A stretch of 64,000 bases of DNA, from positions 248,001 to 312,000 of the forward strand of contig QPGO01000050.1 of the NCBI GenBank assembly GCA_008632985.1, written 5' to 3'. Under the pieces are notes generated by a model that saw only the letters and a list, made by a program, of their open reading frames with translations, was not told where the DNA came from and did not search any database. Both the position numbers and the translations under genes were made by a program. Every line of letters starts with the position of its first letter. Within the stretch, counting starts at the first letter, position 1. The stretch is from Psammoneis japonica. Taxonomy: Eukaryota. Of this stretch, positions 50,251 through 62,740 are shown one piece after another.

Positions 50251-51558
50251 TTTTACGAAATGACCATGCACACGCGATCGGAACTTGGCATGCCCATGCA
50301 CCGAACTGACAGAGTTTCCAGCATTGCCTTTGGATGCAGTGACAACCTTCAATGACCAAGAGCAACCAACAGCATCTCGCAGTGATGAGCAAAGAGCACC
50401 AGTCTTGGTGCACCCATCCATGTCACAATCCTCTTTGTCAGTGTGTGGCTCTGTGTTCGAATCAACAGATTTTTCGCCGGACGACGAGATGCACTTCACT
50501 TGAATTTCCAAGATGCACTTCACTTGAATTTCCACTCCTTCCCTTCCAATGTGCTTGGCTCCAACCATCTTATGGAGCTCAGCCGCGAAAAGACTGTCAC
50601 GGTGCGGGTCATGGAAGGAGCGCATTTCTTTCAAAGCAACAAGATTGATTTCGTCCTCGCAGAGTTGCGCGGCATCCAAGATTGAGGCTGTCATTGGCTG
50701 CACATCCTTTGGAAGCTTCTCCCACTTGTCCCTGCCAAAGATGGCACCAGGCTTGTGAGCAGGTCCTGCTTCAGCTGACTCACCGTCTGCGACTTCGCAA
50801 TTCTGGCCACAACAACCAAAACAGATCTGACAGTGCAACTTGCATTCTGGTCCATCCCTTTTTTGTTCGGCTTGCCATGTTCCAACACTGCACGGAGTGT
50901 TGACGACACACTGAATCGCAGTCCAAAAAAGCATTTCTGATGCATCTTGTCCGTGTGTCACAAACGAGTGACCACGTCGGAAAAATGAGAGGTTGACTGG
51001 GTCAGGCGAGTGATCGCAACCATTGATTCTTGCGTCGGATTGTTGGGAGCTGCGCCGTTTTCAAATCCATGCACAAACTTGCAGAGGTGATTCACCAAGC
51101 AGAAATCGGAGATGCTGTGGAATGACTGGTGCTTGACACAGCTCCCCTTGAAGGAACCAGAAATGGGGGTTTCCTCAAAGACAACAAGGTGAGAATGTTG
51201 TGACTTCACCTCACCGGGAATCGCAAACGGAGATGGTTCAGGAAACACTTTCACAAGCTCTTCTTTTGTGAAATTGTCCGGCGGAGGAGGAGGTGACTGA
51301 CAAGTTGCACCGAGGGTTGGCCACTTTGTTCGGGAACATTCAAATTGTTCCTCAAGAGTTGGCACATCTTGGAGAGTCAGTGATTCGTTCTGAGAAACAT
51401 CAGAAGGTTCACCATCTTTGGGGTTTTTGAGACTGGGGCTTGAGGAGCAAAGGGAGGCGGCTAAAGAGGTGGCAAGAAGAATGGAAGAACCAGAGACAAG
51501 AAGAGGAGGATGAACAATCAATCAAACAATGTGATGGATTCACGCCATTTGGATTTTT

Positions 51559-52640
51559 TCATTTCCGAGCATTTTTCGTAATGGATGGAACTGCATTGCC
51601 GATTTCTTTCTTCTTGCACTGAGTGGCAAAGTCACGAAGCCTGGCTTTCCACATGGCCTCAAAACGATCCCTTGTGGCCTTGCTTTTGCCAGAATCATCA
51701 GCGGCAGAAACCACACGATCAATTTTCACACATCTTAAAAGAGTCTCATTGACATGTGTTGCACGCATTTGTTCTCGCTTGACATCGAGCATCACTGGTC
51801 GCATGGGCTTTTCCCAAGAATTTTTGTGTTGGTGGAACAACGACTTTACGAATTCAGGGAAGGACATGGGGCACTCGTCTTTGGTCGTCTCACAGTGACC
51901 AAGAGCCAGGAAATTCTCCAAAAAGTCAATGCAAGTCAATGTCTTGTCACATTCGCCGAACAGGGAGCAAAGCCAATGATTGCAATCACCACTCCTTTCA
52001 GGTGCGTGTGGCAGAATCTTGTCACAAAGAATCAAAAAACCAATGTGAAGGCATTGTGCGTGACGCAAAACCTTCCCTTCAAAACTTCTCAGCTCAATGT
52101 GCTTGACAAGTGGCTCTCCCTTTGGGTCACACAATCTGGGATCATGGAGAAGCTTGCACAACATGGAAATCTTTGCCATCATGTTGGTTGCAATGTCTGT
52201 TGATTTTGCCTTGTCGCCGACGACTTTCACATCCTCTGCTTTGGGAGCACGGCGACACTCCAACGCATGAGGATGTTTGGTGCCTTGACTGGAACAACTC
52301 CATCCTTTTGCGGAAAGAAAGTGCAGCAAGCTCTTGTGCCCAAGTGCCTTTGCAACAATGTGGTTCACAGCCATCAGTTCTGCAAAAAAATGAGGTCTGC
52401 CCTTCGACTTTTGCCACACACAGGCAAGCGCGATCCAATTCGGAGAGGGATCACAAGTGGAATCGCGGTGGAGCTGAACCTTGGATTTCACCATCTCGAT
52501 TGTTGCTTTGACACGGCTCCGCTCGTTGCAGTTGATCACTCCAAAACCATTGGCAAAGAGAGATTCAAGTGCGGCCTCCTCGAGGCAGGAACCATTGTTG
52601 TCTTGCGACAGAGAGGCAACCGACAGGTCACGCGGCGCCA
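51559..52640 (-). pseudogene. Degenerate ORF inside the Plavaka element
   Basis: Long Tyr-free, Cys/His-rich ORF lying between the TIRs. Confidence 0.35.
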
Positions 52641-54389
52641 TGGTTGCTGTTCCAACACCAAAAAATCTGGTTTCTGCAGAAACACACCAGAGTGGTGCGT
52701 GGGAGAAGTTGCACACGTGCCTGGTGGGATTTGGAGTTTTAAACACAAAAACCCGCGTGACTTCTCCCAGGGAAATCCTGCGTGAGATTGTGCCGGGAAA
52801 GGGCAATGCGGAGTGCAGAATTGATGGAAGAAAACATTGTGCAAAACAGCATCAGGAGAAAGGGTGCATGTGCTGGAAAACAACATGGATTTCTGCATGC
52901 ACGTTAAGGTGCGTGAAGAACACGTGGGTGCCTTCAAGTGACGCATGCGAACAATCACAAAGAAACACTCGGAAATGGAGACAGCATGGAGAGAAGTCAG
53001 AAACATGGATCCAAAACAAAGTGACACACAACAGAAAAAAATGCAACAACAACAAGAGACGATGAAGGCAACGGCGACGGGATCGATGAAAAAGAAGGAT
53101 TCGGATGGAAAGACACCAGAGACGGTGAAAACAGGCGGCGCCAAGATGAAGAAGGAAGAGAAAAATGGGACAGACAAAATGAAGAAAGAGAAAAAGAAGC
53201 CAACGACACGACGTCAAGAGGGGAGCAGCGACGCGATTCTGCACTTCGAGGGACCTCTTCCTCTTGATGATGTTCACCCAAATGCAAGAAATGCAGTGTG
53301 GCTTTTTTGGAACGGTGACGAGGAAACATCCAACGTGGCAGCGGCACATTTGAAATTCTTGCAAGAGAGCAGACAAGACATGTGGAATGAAGAGGACGAC
53401 ACGGACGACCAGGCAAATTGGAGCACAGTCATTGATCAAACAATTGGTGCACACTTTGCATGATGAAAATTTCATTGCATGCAACTGCAATGTTTGGCTT
53501 GTCGTTAAAGATCGTCAGTTGTTGTGAAAAAGGCAGAGCACAAAAATTAAAAACGAATCTGTGTTCAAACATGAAGAATGGCAGGAGATTGACAATTGAC
53601 CAAATGACAAAAACCGTCATGTGCAGACAAGTGGATTTTGTGATGTGGCAATGTGTTTTTGTCATGCGTGCAGATGTTACGATGTCCTGCACTCTGATGC
53701 AGTCAAACCTCCGACACCCTCCAAATCCAACTGCCCACTCCACACCTTTGGGGCTGACTTGGCAAAGCATGAAGGCCATGCATGTTGCTCATTTCAGGAC
53801 ATGGACAAGAAGCCACTGGTGTGCGAGGATGGCCATCAACACAAAGTCCAGCGCATCACAATGAGGAGCAACAAGTTGATTGGAGTGAAAGCAGCCACAC
53901 CCGGAAAGAAGCCTCACTTGCTTGTTGAGCTGGTGGTTGATTGAACCTCGTGAATGCAAGCAAGGCACTGTGGTGCAGTGGGGTGTTGCAGAATCCAATG
54001 TGGAGGCAGAGAAGCAGACTGCAAACAGCACCAGCAGAGGAACATTTGCGTGGCTCTGCTCCGCTGGAGAAAAATGTGGCAGACTGAAGGCAGTGCTGTT
54101 GCATCACCCAATGAGCACTCGTCTGCCATCCTTTGTGTGGAGTCTGGCATTTGACTGCTGGCATTGCAGCAGCATTTTCCAAGCTGATCCTTTGCCAACT
54201 CTCTTTCTCTCTGCTCTGCCCTGCTGCAGATGTTTGGATGTGGACGGCTGCACTTTTTGTCTTTTTTTGTGCCCATCCCCGGCAGCTCATCAAACAGTGT
54301 GGGCAAAGCTGTGTGACAACAACATTCAAGCAAACGGTCATTCCTTGAGCAAATCTCCATTGGGTTGCTTGCCACTTTGCAAGCCACAC

Positions 54390-57300
54390 AAGGGAAGTTT
54401 GTGAGCTGTGTGATGCAGCTTTTCATTGCTTGCCCTTGTGCAGCTTGTGACTTCATGAGCTGCACAAGAGAAGTTTGCAATCTGTGCAAGGCATTGTTTT
54501 GCACACTGCATGATGACATTCAATCAATCACTTGACATGAGTCATTGTTCAACACAATGAAACAGACCACATGACGGCAGCAACAGCTGATGCTAGATTG
54601 TGCCGCCAAACCTTTTCCCGCCAACAACAACAACACATCACATGCCACATTTTGCGCTGACAAGCATGTCCATGAAAAGAGAGGTAAGATGAAGTCCAAA
54701 AAAATGGGCAAAACTCCTTCTGTGCTTTTCTTGCTGTTGTTCATGCTTGAATCTCACAACTTCAACAGCTGATGCCACTTTGCTGCCAAACTTTTCCTGC
54801 CATCAATGCCAATGCATGACACGCTTCATCACACTTGGAAAAGCACACATGAGAAAAGAGAGGTGAGAGAAAATCCAGAATGGACAAAGACACTCATTCT
54901 GAGATTTTGCTGTGAGACATTCACTGGACTCTTTTCTCACAACTGTCGCATTTCAATTTGTTCATTCTCAACAGGTTGAAGAGTGCAGAAACCATTGTGC
55001 AGATGATCAAGACTCTTTGCAGTGCCAAGTGTTGGGAAGCATTTGTCAGGCTGGCAAGCACAGCAGAGTGAGGCAGACTGGAGGGAGTGACAACGATGAG
55101 GAGGAGCAAGCAAAAGGGGATCAGGGATGACCAAAGGGTGTGGAATGCCACTCAAGACATCGTCAATGGCACAGCAGAGGGAAATGAGTCTGCCATCTAA
55201 ATGGACATGAGAACAAATTGTCCAGGAATTTTTCCCAATTGAAGTGATGCAAAATGGAAGCAACAAGCTCACGACCACCAGCTGTGCATCAATGAAACTT
55301 GAGCACAAGACTGACCCTGTCAAATGGCCCTGTCTGCTGCACAGACAGCAACCTGAAGAATCTGCACTTGCTGAAAAAATCATTGCAGGAACAGCCAACA
55401 TTGTGACAGACAGCTTGTTCAACAAAACTGCAGCAATGGCAGATGTGATGCTGTTGCCATCAGAAGGTCACTCACACCAATGTCACAGTGTCAATCATGC
55501 TCCAGGCAGGGAAAGTGATCAGAGTGCTTGTCGTGGGGAGCTGGGAGGCATCTGTTGGATTTTCCACAAATTCACTCTCTCTTGCACTTGACACGCAGCA
55601 TCTCACATGGCAGAGTCATCCTGGGCTGTGATTGCCACCTGGCACTGCAAAAACCTTCTACAAAATTGCAGCATTTTGGATGGGTGCATCAAAGAAGAAT
55701 TTGGGAATTTGGCAACCGCCCCCCAGCACCTCCAACCACCATCTGGCATGGTGGCTCACCAGACCAGAAGCAGCCCTGGCAGAAGACCAGGACTGCAAAA
55801 GACATCAGCCAAAAGCAACGTCAGTGGCAAGAACAGTCATTGCTGCATTTTTGATGTTGGTTGGGAATCCAAGATGATTTTCAGTTGTGCAGGAGTGTTT
55901 CTGCCCACAAAGCTGCAAATGCTGGGTTGCACTTGTTTTGCATTGCATGTGTGCTCTGACCCTGTTCATGGTTGCGGATTAAATGGCATGTCAGGCATTG
56001 TTGAAAGCTTGGCATGGGCAGCAGTCAGGAAGGGCTGTGCAAATTTCAGGATTGAATTGAGTTGAGTTGTTGTCGTGCAATTGTTCCAACACTTTAACAT
56101 CCGGGTCACAATGTTGCAAGCTGCGCAAGGAAGTTTGCAAGCAGCACAACGCGACTTTTCATTGCTCACCCTTGTGCAGCTTGTGACTTTGTGAGCTGCA
56201 TGAGGGAAGTTCACAAGCTGCACAAGGCATCGTTTTGTGCACTGCATGACAACATTCGATCAATTGCTTGACATGAGTCATTGTCCACAATGGCAAATTC
56301 GTGCGCACGACTCCCAGACATCGCTCACTCAAAACAACACAATGAAACAGACCACATGTCAGCAGCAACAGCCGATGCTAGATTGTGCCACCAAGCCTTT
56401 TCCTGCCACCATCAACAACACATTGCATGCCACATTTTGCTCTGACAAGCATGTCCATGAAAAGAGAGGCAAGATGAAGTCCAAAAATGGACAAAACTCC
56501 TTCTGTGATTTTCTTGCTGTTGTTCATGCTCGAATCTCACAACTTCAACAGCTGGTGCCACTTTGCTGCCAAAACAATGCCAATGCATGACATGACGCGT
56601 TCCAGGTCTGGGTGGGACCTCACACTGCTGAGCTGTGACATCGACAGTTTTTTGAATCATGTCGCATGTCGCGCACGTAGATTTTGTGATTTTTTTGACA
56701 TTTTGTGTCATTTTGCGGCACCCTTGTTGAGCGATCCGTCCAACAACTTTTGACATTTTTTGTTGCAGCGCAATTCTGTGATGTCTTAAGAATCACGTGG
56801 GGCAGGTGCATTTGCAAAAACGCAGAGTGGCAAGAGGCACAATTGCACCACAAACTTGGCTGTCTGTTTGATGTTGAAGACAAACACATTCATCAATTAA
56901 ATTCTCATGCTGCGGAGCTTGCATGCAGAATTCTGCGGGCCCAATGTCACACGGAGTCCCACCCAGGGCTGGAATGCGTCACATCATGCTTCAACACATT
57001 TGGAAAAGCACACATGAGAAAAGAGAGGTGAGAGAAAATCCAAAATGGACAAACACACTCATTCTGAGATTTTGCTGCAAGACATTCACTGGACTCTTTT
57101 CTCACAACTGTTGCACTTCGATTTGTTCATTCTCAACAGGTTGAATGGTGCAGAAACCATTGTGCAGATGATCAAGACTCTTTGCAGTGCCAAGTGTTGG
57201 GAAGCATTGGTCAGGCTGGCAAGCACAGCAGAGTGAGGCAGACTGGAGGGAGCGACAACAATGAGGAGGAGCAAGCAAAAGGGGATCAGGGACGACTCAA

Positions 57301-58270
57301 GGGTGTGGAATGCCACTCAAGACATCATCAATGCACAGCAGAGGGAAATGAGTCTGCCATCCAAATGGACATGAGAACAAATTGCCCAGGAATTTTTCCC
57401 AATTGAAGTGATGCAAAATGGAAGCAACAAGCTCGCAGCCACTTGGCTGTGCATCAATGAAACTTGAGCACAAGACTGACCCTGTTGAATGGCCCTGTCT
57501 GCTGCACAGACAGCAACCTGATGAATCTGTGCTTGCTGAAAAAAATGTTGCAGGAGCAGCCAACATTGTGGCAGACAGCTTGTTCAACAAAACTGCAGCA
57601 ATGGCAGATGTGATGCTGTTGCCATCAGAAGGTCACTCACACCAATGTCACAGTGTCAATCATGCTCCAGGCAGGGAAAGTGATCAGAGTGCTTGTCATG
57701 GGGAGCTGGGAGGCATCTGTTGGATTTTTCACAAACTCACTCTCTCTTGCACTTGACATGCAGCATCTCACATGGCAGAGTCATCCTGGGCTGTGATTGC
57801 CACCTGGCACTGCAAAAACCTTCTGCAAAATTGCAGCATTCTGGATGGGTGCATCGAAGCAGAATTTGGGAATTTGGCAACCACCCCCCAGCACCTCCAA
57901 CCACCATCTGGCATGGTGGCTCACCAGACCAGAAGCAGCCCTGGCAGAAGACCAGGACTGCAAAAGACATCATCCAGAAGCAGTGTCAGTGGCAAGAACA
58001 GTCATTGCTGCATTGGAGTTTGATTGGAAATCCAAGATGATTTTCAGTTGTGCAGGAGCATTGCCACCCACAAAGCTGCAAATGCTGGGTTTTGCACTTG
58101 TTTTGCATTGCAGGTGTGCTCTGACCCTGTTCATGGTTGTTGACCAAATGGCGCATCAGGCATTGTTGAAAGCTTGGCATGGGCAGCAGTCGGGAAGGGC
58201 TGTGCAAATTTCAGGATTGAATTGAATTGAGTTGTTGTCACGCAATTGTTCCAACACTTTAACATCCGGG
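54390..58270 (+). repeat. Tandem duplication (~1.75 and ~2.15 kb units) of a non-LTR retrotransposon fragment with an RNase H-like domain
   Basis: Units at ~54390-56110 and ~56125-58270 are collinear. Both encode IVxDSLF..PGRESDQSAC(R/H)GELGGI..GRVILGCD, i.e. RNase H SAYRxELxG with Y->C. Confidence 0.7.
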
Positions 58271-58339
58271 TTGCTTTGGTGTGTTGACTCTTGTTGTGCT
58301 CGAGTTGAGTCAATCAAAATGCTCTGCCCACACCAGGTG

Positions 58340-61300
58340 AAAAATGGTGCGTGCGCTGGTGATTCAAAATTGTTGAACCATCCACGCAGTCGAGCGAGCG
58401 AGCGCAATCCAAGAAACTTTTTCCTTCCTTGCTTTCCCTTGGTCAACTGGCCAACCTCAACATGTCAATGCAGTGCACAACAAACATGCACCGGTGCAAG
58501 TGCACAAAACACAACACAAACATCGACGCGATTCATTGTTGCTTGCATTGAGTTCTTGCCTTTCTCCTGGCCCATTCGTTGCTCTAAATTCAACACATTT
58601 GGTGGAATCCTCATGGCGCGACATGCTTTGCAAGTTGCAAGTGACAGCACTGTCTCCATGCAGTGTTGATTTGTTTCATGATCAGCAATTGGCAGCGGAA
58701 GTGCCAGCATGCATCACAAATGAAACACTCAAAAAATGGCAAGGCAACAATGCCACATGTCTTTTTGTTTGTCATGGGCATCATGCATTGGATGAAATTC
58801 AACATGCAGAGGGGAGACATCACACGTCGTGCATTGTGCCTCATTGACTGCAAAATGGCCACTGTGTCATCGCCAGTGACAAGAAAAGCTGCGTTGCACA
58901 ACAATGTCGACGAACGGCACTGATCAGAGTGGTGCCTTAATTTCTGTGTCTTGCTGTGCCATTGGATCTGCAGAGAAAGGCCGCCAAACAACTCACACCT
59001 TGTCAATCTGGGGTTGTCATCATGGGTCTGTCATTTGTGGGGGGTGATGAGGTGCCAGCGAGTTGCAGAAACTTGAGACGCGCCTCATGACATGCCGGCA
59101 CCCCAAGATGCACCATCATTCAACATCGAGCTTCTTGTTTCAGTTGAGTGGCCACTGGGTGGTCCATTCAAAGATGCACCTTAAGACACCGGCAGACAGT
59201 TGTCAGAATGGACATGCAACAGCAACAGGTGTGGTGCACTCACCTGTCAGTTTCTGTGACCATGACTCACACAAGACCCAGATCATGTGGCAACATTCAT
59301 GACAAATGTTGGCAATCATGCAACTTTTTTCTGGTGCATTTTCCCTTCACTTCTTTTGCAACATGCAACAAGACGAGACCTGTCACAGTGCTCTTGTTGT
59401 TGCCCTTGCTGTTGGTGAGATTTGTCTTTTGACCTGTTCAATGCATTGTCTCATTCTGTTGTCAATGTCATGCTCACTCACATTGACTTTTGTTGTTGTT
59501 TGCTGTGGATTCATGCCAAAGCCAGGCCAAGAGAACATGATGTGAAACGCTTTGCTCTGCTTGGCATTGGCTGTGCTCAATGTCACAACAATTCAATGTG
59601 GCAAGCTGTGCTGTTGATGAGATTGCTCTGCTTGTGTCGTTTGCATTTTGGGTGTGATTCTCATTTCTTGCATGTGGTTTGTCATCATGCTGATCATTTG
59701 AGCGCAAGAGTCAACTCCGCCAGCACATGAGGTGCATCAGACATCAAGTGACTTGTCGCAACAGTGTCATGCCAACAGCGTCATCCCAAAGGTGAGTTTT
59801 GAATTGACACAATGCTGTTCTTCAATTTTCTCTTTACAAAACATTGCATTGCTCATTGACTGTTTTGTTCCGTGTTGATTGTTGGTTCGATGTTGTTCAG
59901 CATGTCAGAAACAACAGCATTGCACAATGCAATGCACACGCTGCGCTCGGCTTGGCATTGGTGGCAGTGCACCAATTGCCATCATTCAACATGGTGAGCA
60001 CTCAATCATGTCATTGTTCACATTGGGTTCTTCTTTTGTGTCTGATTTGCTTCTGACCATTCATCGTTTGCTGTTGTGATGCCAAAGGACATTCACGCCG
60101 CAGCCAAATGTGTCGCATCACGATGCCCAAATGGCACAAGCCCCTGGCCAAAGGACAAAGGACTGTTGGTGCCTTTTTTGGCCCCTCTTCCATGGCTGAT
60201 GCGGCAGCTGGCATTTCAAGCAAGTTTGACCCTTCAACCACCAGGGGAGCAAATCTCCGCCCGCTCCACTTGAGGATGTGTGACGTGTCATGCACTTTTA
60301 CAACAACACAGTGAACATGGCATTAAAATGTCATGTCATGCACAATCTGCACAAAGCACACCACGTGCACTTGCTTGTTGGGAGCAAATCTCCACCGGCG
60401 GAGATTTGCTCCCAGGGTGTGGCATTTGTGACAACCTCCATTGTTGAAGGTTGAGATTTAGCTCCTCTTTGTTCACAGATGAAGCTTGCAAAAAAAAAAA
60501 ATGGGTGTTGAAAGGCAACATTGAACTTTCTAAATTGCAAAAAGGGTGCCTCCAGATTTTCGGCAAATGTGCGCTCCAGAACAAAATTGCGTGAATGAAA
60601 TGTTGTGCACATCTGAAATTACTTCATTTGCTGTGTTTGTGACACAAGCAAGCAAATCTCCACCCGTGGAGATTTGCTCAAGTCCAGTGGTTGAAGGGTT
60701 GAGACGACTGCCAGGATGACTCCTGCCATTTTGCTGCCGCTGAAGTGAAAAGCAGCTGATGCACCGGCAGCCAGAAAAAAGTCCAAAATGCCCAGATTGA
60801 CGGAGCAATCCACACTGCCTGTCGGAAGTTTTTTCCAGAGTCCACCACCCGCTTCTGCTCCCAAGACACCCTCTGCTGTTGTTGCCGACTGTCACCCTGC
60901 CGGCACCAGTGTTGCAACTTTGCCAGATGAGCCCACAACCAAGAATGCCGACTCCACCGGTGCCAAGTCCAACTGTGAAACTGAGCCAGCTTCCAGTCCA
61001 TCTGACTCTCCATCATTGCTGCATGTGGATTGTCATTGGAAGCAACTCTGAAAGAAGCCAATGCAAGTGGCAGCAATGTGCCAACATCATCATGGAAGAT
61101 GACGAATTGTGTGTTCCAGAAGAGCTTGACCCGCCGGAGAAGGAGGCAGAGGTCAAAGGCAATGGTGGTTCTGTTGAACCTTTGCCTCAAACTGCCAAGG
61201 ACCATTGTTGTAAAAAATTCATCATGCCCATCACTGGCAACAAAAATGCACGCCGCACTGCCTTGCCATGCCAATGAAAGGTGGCACAGATCTTGATTCA

Positions 61301-62740
61301 TGAGAATGTTTTTGTGGATGTAAAGGGCGACTTGGCTGGAATTCTGGTCAAGAAACCACTTGCTCAAAGCTGCATTGCATGTGCTGAAGTCAACGAATCG
61401 CCTTGCATTGTCTTTGCAGAACTTGGCAATGAAATGGAGGTGGAGGTGTGCAAAGTGGGAATGACAAGCCACGGTCAATGTCAAGAAGCAGACCGCAGCC
61501 GCCAAGGCAAGATCAGCAGTGCAGACCAGTTTGTCAAGCTTGTAGACATTGCCAACCTCCCCTCTCATGTTGAGAAAGAGACACTGAAAGCTGCTGCAAT
61601 GCCTTGCTTGAAGGACCTGTTGATGGATCCAAGCTCACACCCATTCCATCGGCATTTTTTCTTGGGCATTCTCAAATGCAGTGCGGATGTCCTGGGCATC
61701 TTGGGACAGTTCATGTTTCAGACCATTGAAGCGGGATTGCAAGACCATTGTGGCATTGGGGGTCCATGCGAGCAACTGGCGTTTTCTCGTGCAGTCATCA
61801 ATTGGCATTTTGCTGAAACTGAGAAGCCTGCAAGGGAGATTTTGAATGACCTGATTGCGGTTGTCAAGGCCTTGGCGGATGCTGGCTCAGCTCACAGAAC
61901 ATTTTTGCCATTTCGTCATGGAAGACTGGAAGCAAGGCAAAGCATTCTAGCATGGTTGGGACCACAAAGGGATGCATTGGTCGGGAGAACGTGTTTTTTG
62001 ATGCACTGCCAGATCCAGCCATTCTAAATGCAAAGGGAGCGGATCACTTTTTTTCCGAGGCTCACTCGTGGTTGGCAAAGTTAGATGGGAAAGCCTTGAT
62101 GACAAACAAGCTGAGCGAGGGATTGGCTGCTCAAGGAATGCCTGGGGTGGCTCTTCTTGACACAAACAAGACCACTTGTGGCACTCTTGATCTTCTGTGT
62201 GACATGCTTTCAGCACAAAAGGCTTTGCGACTGTTTGAAATTTGCTTGACGGTGATGTGATGGTTCTGCTGCACAAGGATGGGCCGCACGGGGTTCTTGT
62301 CAATTGACCCTTTAGCTGCGCTGATGACAGCCACCAAAGCACTCCATTGGAGCACAAGGCATGCCGCGCATCGACAGCTGCCATTCTAACCAACGTTTGC
62401 TGTGGCCTCAAGGGACAGGCGTTCCTCTCTGTGGAGGACACCCACAACCTTTCCTCCTTCTGTGGCCACCACAGTCTGCACGCAACTTGGCCTGCCATCT
62501 TGGTGCCAGCTTTGTGATGATTCGAAGTGGGCTTGATGGCGAGATGATGGTTGAGCTGTGCAAGGATGCACCGCGTGGGGTTCTCGTCAACAGACCGGTG
62601 TGCTGCGCTGGTGACAGCCGCCAAAGCACTCCATTGGAGCACAAGGCACGCCACACATTGACAGCTGCTGTGCCAACCAACGTTTGCCGCGGCCTCAAGG
62701 GAAAGGCACTCCTCTCTGTTGAGGAACATTTCGAAAATCG
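58340..62740 (+). mobile_element. Unclassified repeat family, copy C (TpA- and CpG-mutated, internally rearranged)
   Basis: Homologous to copy A (KGQRTVGAFF; QILIHENVFVDVKGDLAGILVKKPL). The 3' block is duplicated at ~62100-62430 and ~62510-62740. Confidence 0.85.
60230..60698. mobile_element. Non-autonomous piggyBac-type element, 469 bp
   Basis: Termini CCCTTCAACCAC / GTGGTTGAAGGG, flanked on both sides by TTGA (60226-60229, 60699-60702). Absent from copy B at ~44572. Internal gcaaatctcc..ggagatttgc hairpins. Confidence 0.8.

Larger units (their letters stand above)
46873..53699 (+). mobile_element. Plavaka/CMC (CACTA-Mirage-Chapaev)-like DNA transposon, 6827 bp, degenerate
   Basis: Perfect 12-bp TIR CATCAGAGTGCA / TGCACTCTGATG, extending imperfectly to about 30 bp. 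Net +2 bp at the insertion site relative to copy A. Internal Plavaka-like transposase. Confidence 0.8.
42697..54030 (+). mobile_element. Unclassified repeat family, copy B (TpA-mutated), split by the Plavaka insertion
   Basis: Homologous to copy A. The coding region runs to PFWVKET at 46872 and resumes at 53700 (VKPPTPSKSNCP...LLVELVVD*). Confidence 0.85.
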
